A stretch of DNA of 60,773 nucleotides, the filler included. It is 5 parts of 5 records of this genome, joined end to end, with 100 filler letters (N's around TTAATTAATTAA, not from the genome) between each part and the next. Parts side by side here need not be neighbours in the genome. Positions count along the whole stretch, not along the records: positions 5,315 to 11,282 come from DRR723986_43312; positions 11,383 to 26,138 come from DRR723986_43361; 3 more parts are not named here. One strand, 5' to 3'. How positions within the stretch are numbered: the stretch's first letter is position 1; every line of letters starts with the position of its first letter. The notes beneath the pieces were generated by a model that saw only the letters and a list, made by a program, of their open reading frames with translations, did no database searches and was not told where the DNA came from. The position numbers and the translations under genes were made by a program. Shown here in pieces: positions 9,264 to 18,120 of this stretch.

Positions 9264-10355
9264 ATGAAACGCACGAACTTCTACGACATCCACAAAGAAC
9301 TTGGCGGCAAACTGGTTGACTTTGCCGGTTACGAAATGCCGGTGCAGTACCCCAAGGGTATTTTGCACGAACATACCAGCGTGCGCAAAGCCGTTGGAAT
9401 GTTTGACGTCTCACATATGGGCGAAGTTGAAGTACGTGGTGATGACGCGCTCGCTTTCATCCAGAAAATCACGGTCAACAACGCCTCCAAACTCGTTGAA
9501 GGCAAGGCGCAGTACTCCGCCATGTGTTACGAGGACGGCGGAATTGTGGACGACCTGCTGGTCTATCACTGCGGTGACCACTATATGCTCGTCATCAACG
9601 CTTCCAATATCGACAAGGATTTTGACTGGATGCAGCAGAACGCGCAGGAGTTCAGCGCGCTCGAACTCAAAAACGTGAGTGATGAGTATAATCTGCTCGC
9701 CGTTCAGGGGCCGCGTTCGCTCGACACGCTGCAGAAGCTGACGGACAACAAGCTGGAGGAGATTGAGTTCTACGCCTTCCAGACCGGCAAACTCGCCGGC
9801 GTAGACATGATCATCTCGCGCACGGGCTACACCGGCGAACTCGGCTTTGAACTCTACTTCCGTGGTGGACCCGACGTAGCCGGCGCTGCCTGGAAAACAA
9901 TTGTAGACGCCGGCGCCGAATTTGGCCTGGAACCCGTTGGCCTGGGCGCGCGCGACACACTGCGCCTGGAAAAAGGGTATGCGCTCTACGGCAATGACAT
10001 CGACAAAACAACCAACCCGATCGAAGCTGGTCTGGGCTGGATCACCAAAGTCAAAAAGGGTGAATTTAACGGACGCGAGAAAATCGTGGCCGTTAAAGAG
10101 GCCGGTACAACTCGTAAACTGGTCGGCTTAAAACTAAAAGCTGAAAAGTTTTTGCCGCGCCCGGGATATCCGATTGCAGTTGACGGCACGGAAGTTGGGC
10201 ACGTGACCAGTGGAGGCCTCTCCCCCATGTTAAATATTGGCATTGCAATGGCTTATGTCGCCAAGGAACATGCAACGCTGGGAAGCGAGGTTACTGTCCT
10301 GGCTGGCAAGAGAAGTTGCAAAGCTGAAATAGTACGCCCGCCATTTGTATCCTGA
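9264..10355 (+). CDS. gcvT: Glycine cleavage system aminomethyltransferase T
   Basis: FAGYEMPVQY, MFDVSHMGE, SRTGYTGELGFE, GLGARDTLRLE. Confidence 0.97.
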   Translation: MKRTNFYDIHKELGGKLVDFAGYEMPVQYPKGILHEHTSVRKAVGMFDVSHMGEVEVRGDDALAFIQKITVNNASKLVEGKAQYSAMCYEDGGIVDDLLVYHCGDHYMLVINASNIDKDFDWMQQNAQEFSALELKNVSDEYNLLAVQGPRSLDTLQKLTDNKLEEIEFYAFQTGKLAGVDMIISRTGYTGELGFELYFRGGPDVAGAAWKTIVDAGAEFGLEPVGLGARDTLRLEKGYALYGNDIDKTTNPIEAGLGWITKVKKGEFNGREKIVAVKEAGTTRKLVGLKLKAEKFLPRPGYPIAVDGTEVGHVTSGGLSPMLNIGIAMAYVAKEHATLGSEVTVLAGKRSCKAEIVRPPFVS

Positions 10356-10494
10356 TGCGCAATCGCGTGGACATTGTTCACAGGTGGAGAACTTTTTTGG
10401 CCAGATGTTGGTTATCAGGGCTCGAACGGTTGAAAACGCGATTAATATATACGGTTGATATACAATAGTTTCCTGGATGGAATGAGGTATTGGT

Positions 10495-11100
10495 ATGTCT
10501 AATTCATTTTGGCAAGAAGGTAGGCCGCAGAACGGCCTGACCTACGCGCAATACGAAGAACTCTACGAAGCCGAAGCGACGGTTCCACCCGAGGAAAGCG
10601 AAAACCCTGGGATGACCGCGTACACGGCGCTTAACTGGAAACGCACGCAGCGCATTAACAAAACCTTTAAGGTTTCTGAGGAAGCTCAGGCGGCGATGCA
10701 AACCATCACGTCCAAACAACTTTGGATGGTGATTACCGAAGGCGCGTGCGGTGACTCGGCACAGAGCCTTCCGATTATCCATAAGTTAGCAGAGCTTAAC
10801 CCTCTCGTTGAGATCCGTATTATTCTGCGTGAACCCAATATGGATATTATGAACGCATACCTGACTAATGGCAAACAAGGCATTCCCAAAATCATTGCGT
10901 TTAACAGCGATGGTGAGGAACTTTTCCGCTGGGGCCCACGTCCGCAGGAAGGGCAGCAAGTATTCGAAGGTGCACTTGCAGAGGGTACGCCCAAGGGCAA
11001 AGCCTACGAACAACTTCACTTGTGGTACGGTCGCAATCGCGGCAAAGAAGTGCAACGCGAATATGTTGAATGCGTGAAGTCGGTTGGCACTAAGGTTTAA
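10495..11100 (+). CDS. Thioredoxin-like protein (Thioredoxin_9 type)
   Basis: YTALNWKR, TEGACGDS, YLTNG..GIPK, WGPRP. Confidence 0.85.
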   Translation: MSNSFWQEGRPQNGLTYAQYEELYEAEATVPPEESENPGMTAYTALNWKRTQRINKTFKVSEEAQAAMQTITSKQLWMVITEGACGDSAQSLPIIHKLAELNPLVEIRIILREPNMDIMNAYLTNGKQGIPKIIAFNSDGEELFRWGPRPQEGQQVFEGALAEGTPKGKAYEQLHLWYGRNRGKEVQREYVECVKSVGTKV

Positions 11101-11136
11101 GGTGTTAACATTCTGCCCGTTTGACGAATACATGCA

Positions 11137-11172
11137 AAGCCGCTCGGACTTTTTGTCTGAGCGGTTTTTTTG
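11137..11172 (+). terminator. Intrinsic terminator
   Basis: AAAGCCGCTCGGAC-loop-GTCTGAGCGGTTTTTTT. Confidence 0.8.
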
Positions 11173-11282
11173 TTTTTAAACAATCACATCAAATACTTCG
11201 CATGGTTTCTGATTCAGTCTTGCATACTTCGGCGTAGGTCAATTGGATGACCTGAGCGCTTTGAGCTCTCACATACGTTCGG

Positions 11283-11382
11283 NNNNNNNNNNNNNNNNNN
11301 NNNNNNNNNNNNNNNNNNNNNNNNNNTTAATTAATTAANNNNNNNNNNNNNNNNNNNNNNNNNNNNNNNNNNNNNNNNNNNN
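11283..11382. other. Artificial contig linker
   Basis: Same N/TTAATTAATTAA/N structure. Confidence 0.98.
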
Positions 11383-11408
11383 TAATAATAATAATAATAA
11401 TAATAATA
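11383..11408 (+). repeat. (TAA)n microsatellite at the contig start
   Basis: At least 8 TAA units, truncated by the gap. Confidence 0.85.
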
Positions 11409-11483
11409 TGTTGTGACTAGCGAATCAGTTGATTTGTCGCTCTTGGCCAAGGGGTAACTATTTAATCTTAAATATTAACGATT

Positions 11484-11705
11484 ATGAAAAAAATAATTTT
11501 AGGAGTATTATTCCCAGTCCTCTTCATATTTGCATTTTCTTCCAGTCCAGTTTTAGCTCAAGAAGAAGAAGAACCTTGTGAGGAAAGTGAAGGTTGCGTA
11601 CCTGAGCCACCAAAATACTATAAATTGGCACAGGCAGGACCCAACACCTATTGTTGTGTAACTAGTACCAATTCTTTGGACACATGTTCAGGTATTCCTT
11701 GTTAG
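11484..11705 (+). CDS. Small secreted six-cysteine peptide
   Basis: Sec signal ending VLA-Q; Cys at 32, 38, 57, 58, 68, 73; AT-rich Bacteroidota-type leader. Confidence 0.8.
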   Translation: MKKIILGVLFPVLFIFAFSSSPVLAQEEEEPCEESEGCVPEPPKYYKLAQAGPNTYCCVTSTNSLDTCSGIPC

Positions 11706-11767
11706 TAATCAATATTTTAATCAATTACAAAAAAGAGGGGGGAGACCCCTTCTTTAATTTTCACCCT

Positions 11768-12964
11768 ATGAAAAAACGTCTTCGCTTTTTACAGTTTCTT
11801 ATTGCCGTAGCTTTATTTTTCAATTGTTCTTCTCCAGAAAAGAATGAAAGAATTGAATCAAAATTAGTTTCAATAAATCTCCAAGATGCAAATCCTGATA
11901 AATTTGACTCAATGTTTGCAATAGAGGAAATGATGTCTATTGGAGGGTCTGAAAATATTCCAATAAAGCAAATTAAAAGAATCCTGCAGAGGGAAAGTAA
12001 TTATTGGATTCTTACTTCGAATAAAATCTTAAAACTAGATTCAGATGGGGAAATTTTGGATTCGATTTCTAGTCAGGGAAAAGGGCCAGGAGAATTTCAA
12101 ACTGTTGATGATATCCGATGGAATGATGGTTCCAATTTTTTAGAGGTGTTAGATAAAAACAGCGGTAAATTAATACGATTTAATTCCCAAGGGGAATTTC
12201 AAAATGAATGGAATAATCCTTACCTATACTTAGCCACTTCCTTTATGCCTCAGGGGGACGATTATTTCATTTATGGCGGCGTATTTTTTAGTGGAGATGG
12301 GGATCGCGCTGTCTTGGTATCTGGAAAAACTGGTGAGAAAAAGGAAGGATTCAGCAAAATTGGAAATGAAAGAGGCTATTTAAGCGTACTTAATAATGAC
12401 ACTTTTTATGCTAAAGATGGAGGTATCGAGTTTTTTTATTCCGATAGTGACTCTCTTTATACACTGAGCGAAAATGGATCTAGTGTAAAATATATTTTTG
12501 ACTTAGGAAAATTTCAAACTCCTCCAGAGTTCTTTGATCGTTCCTTTGAAAACATCATGGACTTTAGAAATCAAGCAGCAGAAAATAATTATGCTTCAGT
12601 TTTTTCAATACAACCCACAGACAAGCATATATTCCTTTTCATAATTCAGGGTTCTAATTATTATACTGCAACAGTAGATAGAGCTAAAAATAAGGTTAGA
12701 ATAGCAAAAGGTTGGTCGACCGAATTTGGGAGTGATTTTTCAAATTTGAGTTCTTATTCAGCCTATACCCCGATTGGTAGTGATAGCCAATTCTTATATT
12801 TCTCTATAGACCCTTACTCAATTAAATCGGAAATCGATAAACTGAATGGAAATCCGTCACTTCCTGAATTTTTAAAAAAGAATGCATATGTTGATCGTAT
12901 CTATCAAGATTTTGATCAATATGAAAACCCGTACCTACTTAAGATCCGAATCAATGATTTTTAA
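11768..12964 (+). CDS. Six-bladed beta-propeller lipoprotein (DUF5128/TolB-like)
   Basis: Lipoprotein Cys20 (LFFNC); GKGPGEF motif; C-terminal ENPYL. Confidence 0.82.
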   Translation: MKKRLRFLQFLIAVALFFNCSSPEKNERIESKLVSINLQDANPDKFDSMFAIEEMMSIGGSENIPIKQIKRILQRESNYWILTSNKILKLDSDGEILDSISSQGKGPGEFQTVDDIRWNDGSNFLEVLDKNSGKLIRFNSQGEFQNEWNNPYLYLATSFMPQGDDYFIYGGVFFSGDGDRAVLVSGKTGEKKEGFSKIGNERGYLSVLNNDTFYAKDGGIEFFYSDSDSLYTLSENGSSVKYIFDLGKFQTPPEFFDRSFENIMDFRNQAAENNYASVFSIQPTDKHIFLFIIQGSNYYTATVDRAKNKVRIAKGWSTEFGSDFSNLSSYSAYTPIGSDSQFLYFSIDPYSIKSEIDKLNGNPSLPEFLKKNAYVDRIYQDFDQYENPYLLKIRINDF

Positions 12965-13082
12965 AAAGAATAGTCATTATTTTAGATAATATTTGAAGAC
13001 TAACCCAATCTGCCTGTAGATAAATTATTGATACGACTGGGGAGAATTTACAATTCCACCCTTTTACGTGCCTTCTTTTCCC

Positions 13083-13090
13083 TACTTTTG
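13083..13090 (+). promoter_or_regulatory. Bacteroidota -7 promoter element TAnnTTTG; probably a leaderless transcript
   Basis: TACTTTTG 4 nt before ATG 13095. Confidence 0.65.
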
Positions 13091-13094
13091 CGGC

Positions 13095-14996
13095 ATGAAT
13101 TACCTTTCGGTCGAAAATCTCAGTAAAGCGTTCGGTGAGCGCAAGCTTTTTTCCAATATCTCTTTTGGCATTTCTCAAGGTCAGAAAATCGCCCTTGTCG
13201 GCATTAATGGCGCAGGCAAATCCACGTTGATGAAAATCATCATGGGCTTGGAGATCCCTGATACGGGGCAGGTTGGAATAAACCAGCAGGTGAAAGTCGC
13301 TTATGTGCATCAAAACCCGGTTTTTGAAGGTACGATGAGCATTTATCAGACCATCTTCGATCAAAGTAATTCTGAAGTGCTCAAAGTGATTGAGGATTAT
13401 CACAAGGCAATGCTGGAAGCGGAGCGCGGTATTGACAACTCGGATAAAATGTCCGTGCTTTTTGAGAAAATGGATGCTTTCCAAGCCTGGGATTTTGAAT
13501 ATCAAGTGAAGGAAGTACTTGGCAAACTGGGGCTTCATGACACCGATCTTCCTGTTGGGACGCTTTCCGGGGGACAGCGAAAGCGGGTTGCTTTGGCGAA
13601 AGCAATTCTGGAAAAGCCAGACTTACTTTTACTTGATGAGCCTACCAACCATTTGGATCTGGAAACTATCGAATGGCTGGAAGACTATTTGGCAAAAGCC
13701 AACCTAGCACTTTTCATGGTAACTCACGATCGTTATTTCTTGGAGAAAGTAACCAATGAAATCCTGGAACTAGATCAGGGAAAAGTGCATCGCTACTTAG
13801 GTAACTATGGCTACTTCTTAGACAAAAAAGAAGAGCGCATGGAGATCGAGGATATAGAACTCGAAAAAGCCAAAAGCCTCTACAAAAAAGAATTGGATTG
13901 GATTCGTCGTCAGCCAAAGGCGAGAAGCACCAAAGCAAAATACCGCGTGGACGCTTTCGAAGAGACCAAAGAAAAAGCCTCTCAGAAGCGGGAGGAACGT
14001 GATATTCAATTGACGGTGACCACTCAACGTTTGGGTAATAAGATCATTGAGATCGATAAGATGAATAAGGCTTTTGGCGATAAAACTATCGTCAATGACT
14101 TCTCCTATACCTTCAAAAAGAAAGACAGAGTAGGAATTGTAGGCCCAAATGGTGCTGGAAAGACTACTTTCCTTAATATGATTACGGGTCAGTTAGCGCC
14201 TGATTCTGGAAAAGTTTCCATCGGACAAACTACTGCTTTTGGTTATTACAGACAGGAAGAAAGTAGCTTTGATGAGGAAAAGCGTCTGATAGATATCGTG
14301 AAGGAAGTGGCTGAAGTGGTGACTATCGCGGGAGGTGCAGAAATTACTGTTTCCCAGTTTTTGACACAGTTTGGTTTTCCTCCCAAGCAGCAACATACGC
14401 CAATCGCCAAACTCAGCGGTGGTGAGCGCAGAAGATTGCAGCTGCTGATGGTTTTGATCAAGAATCCTAATTTTCTGATTCTCGATGAGCCTACCAATGA
14501 TCTGGATTTGATGACCTTGAACACGCTGGAGGAGTTTTTGGATACCTTCCCGGGCTGTTTGATCATTGTTTCCCACGATCGATATTTTATGGATCGCTTG
14601 GTGGAGCATTTGTTTGTATTCGAAGGAGAAGGAGAGATCTCTGATTTCCCTGGGAATTATTCTGAATTCCGGGAGGTGGAAAAGGACCGAAGTCCGAAGA
14701 CGGAAGACGGAAGTAAATCAGCACCAAAGAAGCAGGATGAGAAAGTTGAGGTGAAAGAAATTGCTCCGACGAAAGTAAAAGCCAGCTTTAAGCAAAAGAA
14801 TGAGTTTAAGGAAGTGAATGCTTCCATGGCCAAATTGGAGAAAGAAAAGGCAGAAATCACTGATAAAATAGCCGCAGGAATAGCTGATCACGAAGAATTA
14901 ATCAACCAATCCAACCGCATTGGAGAAATCGATTCAGAATTGGAAGAATTGGAATTGACTTGGTTGGAATTGAGTGAGTTGGACGGGATAGAGTAG
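13095..14996 (+). CDS. ABC-F family ATPase (Uup-like)
   Basis: Two NBDs (GINGAGKS, LSGGQ, DEPTNHLD; GPNGAGKT, LSGGE); no TM segments; C-terminal coiled coil. Confidence 0.93.
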   Translation: MNYLSVENLSKAFGERKLFSNISFGISQGQKIALVGINGAGKSTLMKIIMGLEIPDTGQVGINQQVKVAYVHQNPVFEGTMSIYQTIFDQSNSEVLKVIEDYHKAMLEAERGIDNSDKMSVLFEKMDAFQAWDFEYQVKEVLGKLGLHDTDLPVGTLSGGQRKRVALAKAILEKPDLLLLDEPTNHLDLETIEWLEDYLAKANLALFMVTHDRYFLEKVTNEILELDQGKVHRYLGNYGYFLDKKEERMEIEDIELEKAKSLYKKELDWIRRQPKARSTKAKYRVDAFEETKEKASQKREERDIQLTVTTQRLGNKIIEIDKMNKAFGDKTIVNDFSYTFKKKDRVGIVGPNGAGKTTFLNMITGQLAPDSGKVSIGQTTAFGYYRQEESSFDEEKRLIDIVKEVAEVVTIAGGAEITVSQFLTQFGFPPKQQHTPIAKLSGGERRRLQLLMVLIKNPNFLILDEPTNDLDLMTLNTLEEFLDTFPGCLIIVSHDRYFMDRLVEHLFVFEGEGEISDFPGNYSEFREVEKDRSPKTEDGSKSAPKKQDEKVEVKEIAPTKVKASFKQKNEFKEVNASMAKLEKEKAEITDKIAAGIADHEELINQSNRIGEIDSELEELELTWLELSELDGIE

Positions 14997-15128
14997 GTTT
15001 TCATGCTGTGACTAATTCAAGACTTCAGTCTTGGACTTAGGTTGATGCAGTATTCAGACTGCAATTAGGATTGGCACAAGCCTGTCTGCCGATAGGCAGG
15101 TCATGAGAGTTTGCTCCAAATTCGTATC

Positions 15129-15440
15129 TTTTGCCAAAGGCAAAATTGGTAATAGCCCCGAATGCAGCGCAGCGAAATTCGGGGTATGGTCAGCTGAAAT
15201 GATCACCCGAGTGCCAACGGCACGATCGGTAATTACTAGCTACATGCGCATGAATCCCACCATTTCAAGGCATATTCAAAGTATAATTACTACTAATCCA
15301 ACACTAATTTAAAAGCCTGATCTTCAGTCAAATTAAATTTGTTTGGTACTGATCGTGCCGTTGGCACTCTAAAAACAAATTACAAACTGTTCAAACCCAG
15401 ATTGCATTCTGGGCTTTTACTGGCCTTGCCGTTGGCAAGG
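15129..15440. repeat. REP/REPIN-like composite inverted repeat
   Basis: GAGTGCCAACGGCACGATC (15209-15227) perfectly inverted at 15351-15369; mirrored outer palindromes. Confidence 0.75.
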
Positions 15441-15682
15441 GTTCGGTAACCTAGGGAGGTTGTAATTAAAAATATTGTAGGGCAGATTTTTAGTGCTTAC
15501 TCAAACAGATAGCTTCGGAATAGATAGTGATTTGGTAGATGGATTGCTCTAGATTAATACCTACTAATTACGCTCAGTCTAGATACTTTTTGAAAATCTC
15601 CCTGCCCCCTTTAATTGACTTTTCGAATCCAAGCAAACTGTGCAATCTAAGGGGGAGCTACGGCAATGAAGAGTTGCGCAAG

Positions 15683-15745
15683 TCTTGGCTCTCGAATCTT
15701 GCTTCTAATATCTATTGTCTTCCGTCTTGCTACTAATGTCTAGCT
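15683..15745. repeat. Degenerate heptamer tandem array (TCTnnnn x9)
   Basis: tcttggc tctcgaa tcttgct tctaata tctattg tcttccg tcttgct actaatg tctagct. Confidence 0.75.
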
Positions 15746-15746
15746 A

Positions 15747-17987
15747 TCAATACAAAAACGCCACCTTCACCCCTCCAAACCAGTTCCTTGTCGGCGCTGG
15801 TTGATAATATCTTCCGCCAAAGGGATTGAGGTCATTTCCAAGTGAGTAGCTTTCATTCAGTAAATTATCCACACCCGCAAAGGCTTCCAATTCCCATTTT
15901 CCCGCAAAACTTCTTGCCCAGCCGAATCTTGCATTCACCAAATTATAGGCATCCTGATAAACAGTATTGGCATCATTGAGCGGGATCTCATCGGTGAATT
16001 GGTGAGTGAAATTCAGGTAAAATCCTGGAGCAGTTCGAAGATCCAAGCGAGAAACCAGCGTATTTGGGGAGACGCCGGTCAGGTCATTTCCTGAGTAATC
16101 GTTATCTCCCTTCTGATAATTCGTAAAAGTGAAGTAATTCCCAGTGAATGCAGTCCCGATTTTTAGATTACGGACAAATCCCGTTTCATTGCTGATTAGC
16201 GCATAATCAATCGCTGCTTCTATTCCTTTTTGATCAGTGGAACCTGCATTTCTGAATAGAACCACGCCTTGCGGATTGGTGTAAGTGGTGATGGTTTGAT
16301 CAAGTTTGAAGTAAAAAGCAGTCAGATCCAGATTTAATTTTCCTTTTCCCAGCCTATAGCCGAGTTCATAATTGATTCCTTTTTCAGCTTCCAAATCAAG
16401 ATTCAAACTTCCCTCATTTGTCCGAACTTCATCAATGGTCGGTGGAGAAAAACCACTGCTGATACTTCCATATACTCCTGAGTATTCGTTGAGCTGATAA
16501 TTCAGCGCGAAACGCGGAACTATAACCGGATCAAATTTCCGCGTTTGCAAACCTAAAGTTCCGCCAGAAGCGTCGATTTGTCGATCGATTTCCAGACTGC
16601 TGAAATTCTCGCTCAGTGCGAAAGTCACCATGAAGTTTTCCATCAAATCCCACTCTGCCTGTTGAAATAAAAATCCTTGGGTGGCCCGAAGCTTATCAGC
16701 GAATCTCACTGTGTCAGCTACACCATTCACATTTCCAAAATTTTGGGCATCCGTCAAACTGGTTTGATATTCACCTCCTGCGATGACTCTCAGGTCTTTT
16801 CCGGCTAATTTTCCATCATAGGTGAATTTCGTTCTTCCACCAAAACCAAATCCCAGTTCCTTCTTATAATCCAAAAGAAAGGGGTTTTCAAAGTCATTGG
16901 TGTTCAAATATAGGGTAGTGGAATTCTTTACTTTGGAAGAAAAACGATACAAATGACCAATTGAAGCAAATACGGATTGCTGGGAAATTGAACTGTTTTG
17001 ATTTACTGATCCAGGTCTGGATTGAGTTGGGTCTTCCGCCACCTGATCCGCATTGAGTCCTCCAGGAATTTGATAATTCAAATCAGAAATCAATAGCTGA
17101 GTGCGAACCTCCTGCTTGTCTGAAACACTGAAAAATCCTCCCAATTGGAAGACTTGTCTATCCATGGCTGATTGCTCTCTATAGCCGTCTGATTTTTGGC
17201 TAACGTAGGAAGCCTCAAATCCACCATTTCCAACTTGCTGAGAAACTCCCAATCTGAAGCGCGTCATTCCGAAATCTCCAGCCATAAAATCGGCCGTTAC
17301 TCTTCCACCAATTGGATCAGCAGGACTGTAGAGATTTACCACGCCGCCATTACCAGCGCCATAGATGCTTCCCGATGGGCCCTTGATGACTTCAGCATTT
17401 CGGATATTAGATAGATCTAGCAAATTCAAAGCAGTGGTACCATCAGGAGCGGTAAATGGGACTTCATTCCAATACACCTTCACATTTCGCACGCCAAAAG
17501 GAGCTCGAATGGAACTGCCACGAATCGAAATTCTATAACTTGCTGGGGCACGTTCTTCTATACGTACTCCAGGTTTCGTGTTGAATGAATTGACAATCGA
17601 CGTTTCATTAAAGCGATTAAAATCTTGCTCGGAAACAACAACAATCGCAGCTGATTGCTCCAAAAGAGGGCGCTCAGACTCAAAGGCAGTAACAGTGACT
17701 TCGGATAGATTAAGGGATTTTTCAATTAATTCTACGGTATGCTCACCGCCTCCAAATGTACCAGAATAAGGTTCATATCCCGATTTGAAGAAAGAGAAAC
17801 TCTGTTTTTCCGACCCAGAAAAAGCCAAAATTCCTGAGATGTTGGTGAGTTGAGCTTTGCCTTTTTCAGGTTGTACTCGCACGTTTTCCAATGGAGTTTG
17901 TGTTTTAGCGTCGATGACTTTTATCTGAATCTGTGCTTGGCACAAAAAGGAGGAAAGAAGAAAAGCCAATGTCAAAATTTTATACAT
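15747..17987 (-). CDS. TonB-dependent receptor with N-terminal carboxypeptidase-regulatory-like domain
   Basis: LSEVTVTA; plug ISIRG...EVIKGPSGSIYG..GGVVN; GVDNLLN..Y near the C-terminus. Confidence 0.93.
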   Translation of the reverse strand: MYKILTLAFLLSSFLCQAQIQIKVIDAKTQTPLENVRVQPEKGKAQLTNISGILAFSGSEKQSFSFFKSGYEPYSGTFGGGEHTVELIEKSLNLSEVTVTAFESERPLLEQSAAIVVVSEQDFNRFNETSIVNSFNTKPGVRIEERAPASYRISIRGSSIRAPFGVRNVKVYWNEVPFTAPDGTTALNLLDLSNIRNAEVIKGPSGSIYGAGNGGVVNLYSPADPIGGRVTADFMAGDFGMTRFRLGVSQQVGNGGFEASYVSQKSDGYREQSAMDRQVFQLGGFFSVSDKQEVRTQLLISDLNYQIPGGLNADQVAEDPTQSRPGSVNQNSSISQQSVFASIGHLYRFSSKVKNSTTLYLNTNDFENPFLLDYKKELGFGFGGRTKFTYDGKLAGKDLRVIAGGEYQTSLTDAQNFGNVNGVADTVRFADKLRATQGFLFQQAEWDLMENFMVTFALSENFSSLEIDRQIDASGGTLGLQTRKFDPVIVPRFALNYQLNEYSGVYGSISSGFSPPTIDEVRTNEGSLNLDLEAEKGINYELGYRLGKGKLNLDLTAFYFKLDQTITTYTNPQGVVLFRNAGSTDQKGIEAAIDYALISNETGFVRNLKIGTAFTGNYFTFTNYQKGDNDYSGNDLTGVSPNTLVSRLDLRTAPGFYLNFTHQFTDEIPLNDANTVYQDAYNLVNARFGWARSFAGKWELEAFAGVDNLLNESYSLGNDLNPFGGRYYQPAPTRNWFGGVKVAFLY

Positions 17988-18120
17988 AAACGCAAATTAA
18001 TGTCTTTCCCTCGAAGTTAGTATTGAGATTACACCAATGATCATTTCTAATATGTTTAGATTTGATACTTCTTTCAATATTGAGGCATAAGCCCTAATTT
18101 TCTCGCATAATTTATTCCTT

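Noticed and set aside
15103-15736. Short ORFs (69 and 65 aa) in the palindrome cluster
   Set aside because: They run through repeats and show no recognisable protein features
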